Shown piece by piece: positions 11,043 to 22,266 of a DNA stretch of 64,000 bases. A program made the position numbers and the translations under genes. Origin of the DNA: the human T2T-CHM13v2.0 reference genome, Homo sapiens; the NCBI RefSeq assembly GCF_009914755.1, contig NC_060927.1; one strand, 5' to 3'. The notes beneath the pieces are model-generated. The model worked only from the letters and a program-made list of their open reading frames with translations. It did not search any database and had not been told where the DNA came from. Position 1 is the stretch's first letter. Each line of letters starts with the position of its first letter.

Positions 11043-13934
11043 GAGAATGATACTGTCTAGTTTTTATACGAAGATATTTCCTTTTGTACCATTGGCCTCA
11101 TACTGCTAGAAATTTCCACTTGCAAATTCCACAAAAAGAGTGTTTCCAATCTGCTCTGTCTAAAGGAAGGTTCAACTCTGTGAGTTGAGTACACACACAC
11201 AAAGAAGCTACTGAGAATTCTTTTGTCAAGAATTATAAGAAGAAATCCCGTTTCCAACGAAGGCCTCAAAGAGTTCCAAATATCCACTTGCACACTGCAC
11301 AAACTAAGTCTTTCCAAACTGCTCTATGCAAAGAAATGATCAACTCCGTGAGTTTAATACACACATCACAAAGCAGTTTCTGAGAATGATGCTGTCTAGT
11401 TTTTATACGAAGATATTTCCTTTTGTACCATTGGCCTCATACTGCTATAATTTTCCACTTGCAAATTCCACAAAAAGAGTGTTTCCCATCCGCTCTGTCT
11501 AAAGGAAGGTTCAACTCTCTGATTTGAATACATACATCCCAAAAGAAGTTACTGAGAATTCTTCTGTCTAGCATTATGTGAAGAAATCCCGTTTCCAACG
11601 AAAGCCTCAAAGAGGCCCAAATATCCAGTTGCAGAATTTACAAACTGACTGTTTCCAAACTCATCTATGAAAAGAAAGGTTAAACTCTGTGAGTTGAATG
11701 CACATATCACAAAGTAGTTCCTGAGAATGATTCTGTCTAGTTTTTATACGAAGATATTTCCTTTTCCACCAATGGCCTCAAAGTGCTTGAAATCTCCCCT
11801 TGCAAATTCCACAGACAAGTGTCTCAAATCTGCACTGTCTAAAGGAAGGTTCAACCCTGTGAGTTGAATACACACACACAGAAAAAAATTCACTGAGAAT
11901 TCTATTGTCTATCATTACACGAAGAAATCCCGTTTACTACGAAGGCCTCAAAGAGGTCCAAATATCCAGCTGCAGACATTACAAACTGAGTGTTTCCAAA
12001 GTGCTCTATGAAAAGAAGTGTTAAACACTGTGAGTTCAATGCACACATCCCAAAGCAGTTTCTGAGAATGATTCCGTCTATTTTTTCTACGAAGATATTT
12101 CCTTTTCTACCGTTGGCCTCAAAGCGCTTGAAATCTCCACTTGCAAATTCCACAAAAAGAGAGTTTCAAATCTGCTCTGTCTAAAGGAAGGTTCAACTCT
12201 GTGAGTTGAATACACACCACAAAAAGAAGTTACTGAGAATTCTTCTGTCTAGCATTATATGAAAAATCCCGTTTCCAACGAAGGCCACAAAGAGGTCCAA
12301 ATATCCACTTGCAGATTCTGCAAAAAGAGTGTTTCCAAACTGCTCTATGAAAAGAAACGTTAAACTCTGTGAGTTGAACGCAAACATCACAAAGTAGTTT
12401 CTGAGAATGACTCCGTCTAGTTTTTATACGAAGATATTTCCTTTTCTACCATTCACTTCAAAGCGCTTGAAGTCTCCCCCTGAAAATTCCACAAAAAGTG
12501 TTTCCAATCTGCTCCGCCTAAAGGAAGCTTCAACTCTGTGAGTTGAATACCCACAACCCAAAGAAGTTACTGAGAATTCTTCTGTCTAGCATTATATGAA
12601 GAAATCCCGTTTCCAACGAAGGCCTCAAATACATCCAAATATCCAGTTGCTGACTTTACAAACTGAGTGTTTCCAAACTGCTCTATGAAAAGAAAGGTTA
12701 AACACTGTGAGTTGAACACACACGTACCAAAGTAGTTTCTGAGAATGATTCTGTCTAGTTTGCATACGAAGATATTTCCTTTTCTACCATTGGCCTCAAA
12801 GCTTTGAAATCTCCACTTGCAAATTCCACAAAAAGAGAGTTTCAACTCTGCTGTTTCTAAAGGAAAGTTCAACTCTGAGAGTTGAATACACACCAGAAAA
12901 AGCAGTTACTGAGAAGTCTTCTGTCTAGCATTATATGAAGATATCCCATTTCCAACGAAGACTTCAAAGAGGCCCAAATATCCACTTGCAGATTCTGCAA
13001 AAAGAGTGTTTCGAAACAACTGTATGAAAAGAAAGGTTAAACACTGTGAGTTGAACGCACACATTGCAAAGCAGTTTCTGAAAATGATTCCGTCTAATTA
13101 TTATACGAAGGTATTTCCTTTTCTATCATTGGCCTCAAAGCGCTTGATACCTCCACCTGAAAATTCCACAAAAAGAGTGTTTCCAATTTACTCTGTCTAA
13201 AGGAACGTTCAACTCTGTGAGTTGAATACACACACACAGAAAGAATTCACTGAGAATTCTTCTGTCTGGCATTACATGAAGAAATCCCGTTTCCAACGAA
13301 GGCCTCAAAGAGGTCCAAATATCCACTTGCAGATTCTGCAAAAAGAGTGTTTCAAAACCGCTCCATTAAAAGGAATGTTTAACTCTGTGAGTTGAATGCA
13401 AACATCACAACTCAGTTTCTGAGAATGCTTCTGACTAGATTTTATGGTAAGATATTTCCTTTTCTACCGTAGGCTTCAATGCCCTGTAAATACACCCTTG
13501 CAAATTCTACAAAGAGACTGCTTCATAACTGCTCTATAGGAAGAAAGGTTCAACTCTGTGAGTTGAATGCAGAGATCACAACGTGGTTTCTGCGAATGAT
13601 TCTTTGTAGTTTTTACATGAAGATATTTCGTTGTCTACCGTAGGCTTCAAAGCACTCAAAGTATTCACTTGGAACTTTCACAAAAAGAGTGTTAGAAAAC
13701 TGCTCTTTCCAAAGTAAGGTTTAACTCTTTGATTTGAATGCACACATAACAAACAAGAAGTTTCTGAGAATTCTTCTGTCCTGGTTTATATGAAGAAATC
13801 CCGTTTCCAACGAAGGCCTCAAAGACGTTTAAATATCCACTTGCAGACTTCACAAACAGAGTGTTTCCAAACTGCTCTATGAACAGAAAGGGTAAACACT
13901 GTGAGCTGAACGCACACATCACAAAGTAGTTTCT
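11043..13934 (-). repeat. 17-mer HOR, left-domain subtype
   Basis: Matches 2710-5601 at +8333. Confidence 0.9.
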
Positions 13935-16900
13935 GAGAATGATACTGTCTAGTTTTTATACGAAGATATTTCCTTTTGTACCACTGGCCTCAAATCGCTA
14001 GAATTCTCCACTTGCAAATTCCACAAAAAGAGTGTTTCCAATCTGCTCTGTCTAAAGGAAGGTTCAACTCTGTGAGTTGAATACACACACACACAAAGAA
14101 GCTACTGAGAATTCTTTTGTCAAGAATTATAAGAAGAAATCCCGTTTCCAACGAAGGCCTCAAAGAGTTCCAAATATCCACTTGCAGACTGTACAAACTA
14201 AGTCTTTCCAAACTGCTCTAGGCAAAGAAATGTTCAACTCTGTGAGTTTAATGCACACATCACAAAGCAGTTTCTGAGAATGATTCCGTCTAGTTTTTAT
14301 ACGAAGATAGCCGTTTCTACCATTGGCCTCAAGGCTCTTGAAATCTCCACCTGAAAATTCTGCAAAAAGCGTGTTTCCAATCTGCTCTGTCTAAAGGAAG
14401 GTTCAACTCTCTGAGTTAAATACACACAACCCATAAGAAGTTACTGAGAATTCTTCTGTCTAGCATTATGTGAAGAAATCCCGTTTCCAACGAAAGCCTC
14501 AAAGAGGTCCAAATATCCAGTTGCAGAATTTACAAACTGACTGTTTCCAAACTCATCTATGAAAAGAAAGGTTAAACTGTGAGTTGAATGCACATATCAC
14601 AAAGTAGTTCCTGAGAATGATTCTGTCTAGTTTTTATACGAAGATATTTCCTTTTCCACCACTGCCCTCAAGGTGCTTGAAATCTCCCCTTGCAAATTCC
14701 ACAAAAGTGTTTCAAATCTGCACTGTCTAAAGGAAGGTTCAAACCTGTGAGTTGAATACACACACACAAAAAAAATTCACTGAGAATTCTACTGTCTATC
14801 ATTACACGAAGAAATCCCGTTTACTACGAATGCCTCAAAGAGGTCCAAATATCCAGTTGCAGACAATACAAACTGAGTGTTTCCAAAGTGCTCTATGAAA
14901 AGAAGTGTTAAACACTGTGAGTTCAATGCACACATCCCAAAGCAGTTTCTGAGAATGATTCCGTCTATTTTTTCTACGAAGATATTCCCTTTTCTACCGT
15001 TGGCCTCAAAGCACTTGAATTCTCCACTTGCAAATACCACAAAAAGAGAGTTTCAAATCTGCTCTGTCTAAAGGAAGGTTCAACTCTGTGAGTTGAATAC
15101 ACACCAGAAAAAGCAGTTACTGAGAATTCTTCTGTCCAGCATTATATGAAGAAATCCTTTTTCCAACGAAGACTTCAAAGAAGTCCAAAAAAATATCCAC
15201 TTGAAGATTCCGCAAAAAGAGTGTTTCGAAACAACTGTATGAAAAGAAAGTTAAACTCTGTGAGTTCAACGCACACATTGCAAAGCAGTTTCTGAGAATG
15301 ATTCCGTCTAATTATTATACGAAGGTATTTCCGTTTCTATCATTGGCCTCAAAGCGCTTGATATCTCCACCTGAAAATTCCACAAAAAGAGTGTTTCCAA
15401 TCTACTCTGTCTAAAGGAACGTTCAACTCGGTGAGTTGAATACACACACACAGAAAGAATTCACTGAGAATTCTTCTGTCTGGCATTTACATGAAGAAAT
15501 CCCGTTTCCAATGAAGGCCTCAAAGAGGTCCAAATATCCACTTGCAGATTCTGCAAATAGAGTGTTTCAAAACCGCTCTATTAAAAGGAATGTTGAACTC
15601 TGTGAGTTGAACGCAAACATCACAACTCAGTTTCTGAGAATGCTTCTGTCTAGTTTTTATGGTCAGATATTTCCTTTTCTACCGTAGGCTTCAATGCCCT
15701 CTAAATACACCCTTGCAAGTTCTACAAAGAGAGTGTTTCATAACTGCTCTATAGAAAGAAAGGTTGAACTCTGTGAGTTGAATGCACAGATCACAACGTG
15801 ATTTCTGCGAATGATTCTTTGTAGTTTTTACATGAAGATATTTCGTTGTCTACCGTAGGCTTCAAAGCACTCAAAGTATGCACTTGGAAGTTTTACAAAA
15901 AGAGTGTTAGAAAACTGCTCTTTCCAAAGTAAGGTTCAACTCTGTGAGTTGAATGCACACATAACAAAGAAGAAGTTTCTGAGAATTCTTCTGTCCTGGT
16001 TTATATGAAGAAATCCCGTTTCCAACGAAGGCCTCAAAGACGTTTAAATATCCACTTGCAGACTACACAAACAGAGTGTTTCCAAACTGCTCTATGAAAA
16101 GAAAGGGTAAACACTGTGAGTTGAACGCACACATCACAAAGTAGTTTCTGAGAATGATACTGTCTAGTTTTTATACGAAGATATTTCCTTTTGTACCCCT
16201 GGCCTCAAATCGCTAGAATTCTCCACTTGCAAATTCCACAAAAAGAGTGTTTCCAATCTGCTCTGTCTAAAGGAAGGTTCAACTCTGTGAGTTGAAGACA
16301 CACACACACAAAGAAGCTACTGAGAATTCTTTTGTCAAGAATTATAAGAAGAAATCCCGTTTCCAACGAAGGCCTCAAAGAGTTCCAAATATCCACTTGC
16401 ACACTGTACAAACTAAGTCTTTCCAAACTGCTCTAGGCAAAGAAATGTTCAACTCTGTGAGTTTAATGCACACATCACAAAGCAGTTTTTGAGAATGATT
16501 CCATCTAGTTTTTATACGAAGATAGCCGTTTCTACCATTGACCTCAAGGCTCTTGAAATCTCCACCTGAAAATTCTGCAAAAAGCGTGTTTCCAATCTGC
16601 TCTGTCTAAAGGAAGGTTCAACTCTCTGAGTTAAATACACACAACCCATAAGAAGTTACTGAGAATTCTTCTGTCTAGCATTATGTGAAGAAATCCCGTT
16701 TCCAACGAAAGCCTCAAAGAGGTCCAAATATCCAGTTGCAGAATTTACAAACTGACTGTTTCCAAACTCATCTATGAAAAGAAAGGTTAAACTGTGAGTT
16801 GAATGCACATATCACAAAGTAGTTCCTGAGAATGATTCTGTCTAGTTTTTATACGAAGATATTTCCTTTTCCACCACTGCCCTCAAGGTGCTTGAAATCT

Positions 16901-18362
16901 CCCCTTGCAAATTCCACAAAAGTGTTTCAAATCTGCACTGTCTAAAGGAAGGTTCAAACCTGTGAGTTGAATACACACACACAAAAAAAATTCACTGAGA
17001 ATTCTACTGTCTATCATTACACGAAGAAATCCCGTTTACTACGAATGCCTCAAAGAGGTCCAAATATCCAGTTGCAGACAATACAAACTGAGTGTTTCCA
17101 AAGTGCTCTATGAAAAGAAGTGTTAAACACTGTGAGTTCAATGCACACATCCCAAAGCAGTTTCTGAGAATGATTCCGTCTATTTTTTCTACGAAGATAT
17201 TTCCTTTTCTACCGTTGGCCTCAAAGCACTTGAATTCTCCACTTGCAAATACCACAAAAAGAGAGTTTCAAATCTGCTCTGTCTAAAGGAAGGTTCAACT
17301 CTGTGAGTTGAATACACACCAGAAAAAGCAGTTACTGAGAATTCTTCTGTCCAGCATTAAATGAAGAAATCCTTTTTCCAACGAAGACTTCAAAGAAGTC
17401 CAAAAAAATATCCACTTGAAGATTCTGCAAAAAGAGTGTTTCGAAACAACTGTATGAAAAGAAAGTTAAACTCTGTGAGTTCAACGCACACATTGCAAAG
17501 CAGTTTCTGAGAATGATTCCGTCTAATTATTATACGAAGGTATTTCCGTTTCTATCATTGGCCTCAAAGCGCTTGATATCTCCACCTGAAAATTCCACAA
17601 AAAGAGTGTTTCCAATCTACTCTGTCTAAAGGAACGTTCAACTCAGTGAGTTGAATACACACACACAGAAAGAATTCACTGAGAATTCTTCTGTCTGGCA
17701 TTTACATGAAGAAATCCCGTTTCCAACGAAGGCCTCAAAGAGGTCCAAATATCCACTTGCAGATTCTGCAAATAGAGTGTTTCAAAACCGCTCTATTAAA
17801 AGGAATGTTGAACTCTGTGAGTTGAACGCAAACATCACAACTCAGTTTCTGAGAATGCTTCTGTCTAGTTTTTATGGTCAGATATTTCCTTTTCTACCGT
17901 AGGCTTCAATGCCCTCTAAATACACCCTTGCAAATTCTACAAAGAGAGTGTTTCATAACTGCTCTATAGAAAGAAAGGTTGAACTCTGTGAGTTGAATGC
18001 ACAGATCACAACGTGGTTTCTGCGAATGATTCTTTGTAGTTTTTACATGAAGATATTTCGTTGTCTACCGTAGGCTTCAAAGCACTCAAAGTATGCACTT
18101 GGAAGTTTTACAAAAAGAGTGTTAGAAAACTGCTCTTTCCAAAGTAAGGTTCAACTCTGTGAGTTGAATGCACACATAACAAAGAAGAAGTTTCTGAGAA
18201 TTCTTCTGTCCTGGTTTATATGAAGAAATCCCGTTTCCAACGAAGGCCTCAAAGACGTTCAAATATCCACTTGCAGACTTCATAAACAGAGTGTTTCCAA
18301 ACTGCTCTATGAAAAGAAAGGTTAAACTCTGAGTTGAACACACACATCACTAAGTAGTTTCT
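13935..18362 (-). repeat. Two tandem divergent 13-mer HORs (13935-16149, 16150-18362)
   Basis: Matches 5602-10029 at +8333. Confidence 0.9.
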
Positions 18363-19375
18363 GAGAATGATACTTTTTAGTTTTTATACGAAGATATTTC
18401 CTTTTCTACCATTGACCTCAAATCGTAGAATTCTCCACTTGCAAATTCCACCAAAAGGGTGTTTCCAATCTGCTCTGTCTAAAGGAAGGTTCAACTCTGT
18501 GAGTTGAATACACACACACAAAGAAGCTACTGAGAATTCTTTTGTCAAGTATTATAAGAAATCCCGTTTCCAACGAAGGCCTCAAAGAGTTCCAAATATC
18601 CACTTGCAGACTGTACAAACTAAGTCTTTCCAAACTGCTCTATGAAAAAGAAATGTTCAACTCTGTGAGTTTAATGCACACATCACAAAGCAGTTTCTGA
18701 GAATGATTCCGTCTAGTTTTTATACGAAGGTAGCCTTTTCTACCATTGGCCTCAAAGCTCTTGAAATCTCCACCTGAAAATTCGGCAAAAAGAGGGTTTC
18801 CAATCTGCTCTGTCTAAAGGAAGGTTCAACTCTCTGAGTTGAATACACACAACCCATAAGAAGTTACTTAGAATTCTTCTGTCTAGAATTATGTGAAGAA
18901 ATCCCGTTTCCAACGAAAGCCTCAAAGAGGTCCAAATATCCAGTTGCAGAATTACAAACTGAGTGTTTCCAAACTCCTCTATGAAAAGAAAGGTTAAACT
19001 CTGTGAGTTGAATGCACATATCACAAACTAGTTCCTGAGAATGATTCTGTCTACTTTTTATACGAACATATTTCCTTTTCCGCCACTGGCCTCAAGGTGC
19101 TTGAAATCTCCCCTTGCAAATTCCACAAAAAGTGTTTCAAATCTGCACTGTCTAAAGGAAAGTTCAACCCTGTGAGTTGAATACACACACAAAAAAAAAA
19201 TTCACTGAGAATTCTACTGTCAATCATTACACGAAGAAATCCCGTTTACTGCGAAGGCCTCAAAGAGGTCCAAATATCCAGTTGCAATCCTTACAAACTG
19301 AGTGTTTCCAAAGTGCTCTATGAAAAGAAGTGTTAAACACTGTGAGTTGAACGCACACATCACAAAGTAGTTTCT
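18363..19375 (-). repeat. Divergent 6-mer unit, copy 3
   Basis: Same private motifs as 1697-2709, at +16666. Confidence 0.88.
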
Positions 19376-22266
19376 GAGAATGATACTGTCTAGTTTTTAT
19401 ACGAAGATATTTCCTTTTGTACCATTGGCCTCATACTGCTAGAAATTTCCACTTGCAAATTCCACAAAAAGAGTGTTTCCAATCTGCTCTGTCTAAAGGA
19501 AGGTTCAACTCTGTGAGTTGAGTACACACACACAAAGAAGCTACTGAGAATTCTTTTGTCAAGAATTATAAGAAGAAATCCCGTTTCCAACGAAGGCCTC
19601 AAAGAGTTCCAAATATCCACTTGCACACTGCACAAACTAAGTCTTTCCAAACTGCTCTATGCAAAGAAATGTTCAACTCCGTGAGTTTAATACACACATC
19701 ACAAAGCAGTTTCTGAGAATGATGCTGTCTAGTTTTTATACGAAGATATTTCCTTTTGTACCATTGGCCTCATACTGCTATAATTTTCCACTTGCAAATT
19801 CCACAAAAAGAGTGTTTCCCATCCGCTCTGTCTAAAGGAAGGTTCAACTCTCTGATTTGAATACATACATCCCAAAATAAGTTACTGAGAATTCTTCTGT
19901 CTAGCATTATGTGAAGAAATCCCGTTTCCAACGAAAGCCTCAAAGAGGCCCAAATATCCAGTTGCAGAATTTACAAACTGACTGTTTCCAAACTCATCTA
20001 TGAAAAGAAAGGTTAAACTCTGTGAGTTGAATGCACATATCACAAAGTAGTTCCTGAGAATGATTCTGTCTAGTTTTTATACGAAGATATTTCCTTTTCC
20101 ACCAATGGCCTCAAAGTGCTTGAAATCTCCCCTTGCAAATTCCACAGACAAGTGTCTCAAATCTGCACTGTCTAAAGGAAGGTTCAACCCTGTGAGTTGA
20201 ATACACACACACAGAAAAAAATTCACTGAGAATTCTATTGTCTATCATTACACGAAGAAATCCCGTTTACTACGAAGGCCTCAAAGAGGTCCAAATATCC
20301 AGCTGCAGACATTACAAACTGAGTGTTTCCAAAGTGCTCTATGAAAAGAAGTGTTAAACACTGTGAGTTCAATGCACACATCCCAAAGCAGTTTCTGAGA
20401 ATGATTCCGTCTATTTTTTCTACGAAGATATTTCCTTTTCTACCGTTGGCCTCAAAGCGCTTGAAATCTCCACTTGCAAATTCCACAAAAAGAGAGTTTC
20501 AAATCTGCTCTGTCTAAAGGAAGGTTCAACTCTGTGAGTTGAATACACACCACAAAAAGAAGTTACTGAGAATTCTTCTGTCTAGCATTATATGAAAAAT
20601 CCCGTTTCCAACGAAGGCCACAAAGAGGTCCAAATATCCACTTGCAGATTCTGCAAAAAGAGTGTTTCCAAACTGCTCTATGAAAAGAAACGTTAAACTC
20701 TGTGAGTTGAACGCAAACATCACAAAGTAGTTTCTGAGAATGACTCCGTCTAGTTTTTATACGAAGATATTTCCTTTTCTACCATTCACTTCAATGCGCT
20801 TGAAGTCTCCCCCTGAAAATTCCACAAAAAGTGTTTCCAATCTGCTCCGCCTAAAGGAAGCTTCAACTCTGTGAGTTGAATACCCACAACCCAAAGAAGT
20901 TACTGAGAATTCTTCTGTCTAGCATTATATGAAGAAATCCCGTTTCCAACGAAGGCCTCAAATACATCCAAATATCCAGTTGCTGACTTTACAAACTGAG
21001 TGTTTCCAAACTGCTCTATGAAAAGAAAGGTTAAACACTGTGAGTTGAACACACACGTACCAAAGTAGTTTCTGAGAATGATTCTGTCTAGTTTGCATAC
21101 GAAGATATTTCCTTTTCTACCATTGGCCTCAAAGCTTTGAAATCTCCACTTGCAAATTCCACAAAAAGAGAGTTTCAACTCTGCTGTTTCTAAAGGAAAG
21201 TTCAACTCTGAGAGTTGAATACACACCAGAAAAAGCAGTTACTGAGAAGTCTTCTGTCTAGCATTATATGAAGATATCCCATTTCCAACGAAGACTTCAA
21301 AGAGGTCCAAATATCCACTTGCAGATTCTGCAAAAAGAGTGTTTCGAAACAACTGTATGAAAAGAAAGGTTAAACACTGTGAGTTGAACGCACACATTGC
21401 AAAGCAGTTTCTGAGAATGATTCCGTCTAATTATTATACGAAGGTATTTCCTTTTCTATCATTGGCCTCAAAGCGCTTGATACCTCCACCTGAAAATTCC
21501 ACAAAAAGAGTGTTTCCAATCTACTCTGTCTAAAGGAACGTTCAACTCTGTGAGTTGAATACACACACACAGAAAGAATTCACTGAGAATTCTTCTGTCT
21601 GGCATTACATGAAGAAATCCCGTTTCCAACGCAGGCCTCAAAGAGGTCCAAATATCCACTTGCAGATTCTGCAAAAAGAGTGTTTCAAAACCGCTCCATT
21701 AAAAGGAATGTTGAACTCTGTGAGTTGAATGCAAACATCACAACTCAGTTTCTGAGAATGCTTCTGACTAGATTTTATGGTAAGATATTTCCTTTTCTAC
21801 CGTAGGCTTCAATGCCCTGTAAATACACCCTTGCAAATTCTACAAAGAGACTGCTTCATAACTGCTCTATAGGAGGAAAGGTTCAACTCTGTGAGTTGAA
21901 TGCAGAGATCACAACGTGGTTTCTGCGAATGATTCTTTGTAGTTTTTACATGAAGATATTTCGTTGTCTACCGTAGGCTTCAAAGCACTCAAAGTATTCA
22001 CTTGGAACTTTTACAAAAAGAGTGTTAGAAAACTGCTCTTTCCAAAGTAAGGTTCAACTCTGTGAGTTGAATGCACACATAACAACAAGAAGTTTCTGAG
22101 AATTCTTCTGTCCTGGTTTATATGAAGAAATCCCGTTTCCAACGAAGGCCTCAAAGACGTTTAAATATCCACTTGCAGACTTCACAAACAGAGTGTTTCC
22201 AAACTGCTCTATGAAAAGAAAGGGTAAACACTGTGAGTTGAACGCACACATCACAAAGTAGTTTCT
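19376..22266 (-). repeat. Hybrid 17-mer HOR at the domain boundary
   Basis: The low-coordinate part has left-subtype alleles (intact M2 box, GCAGAATTT). The high-coordinate part has right-subtype alleles (TTCAATGCGC ~20795, CCAACGCAGG ~21630, ACAACAAG 1-bp deletion ~22085). Confidence 0.82.

Larger units (their letters stand above)
1..22266 (-). repeat. Domain 1: 8333 bp composite super-repeat (13+13+6+17 = 49 monomers), ~2.7 copies
   Basis: Marker ORFs recur at exactly +8333 (338/8671/17004; 3569/11902/20235; 2086/10419/18752; 6456/14789). Unit starts read from the sequence are 1697, 2710, 5602, 7817, 10030, 11043, 13935, 16150, 18363, 19376 and 22267, giving lengths 1013, 2892, 2215 and 2213. 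Confidence 0.93.
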
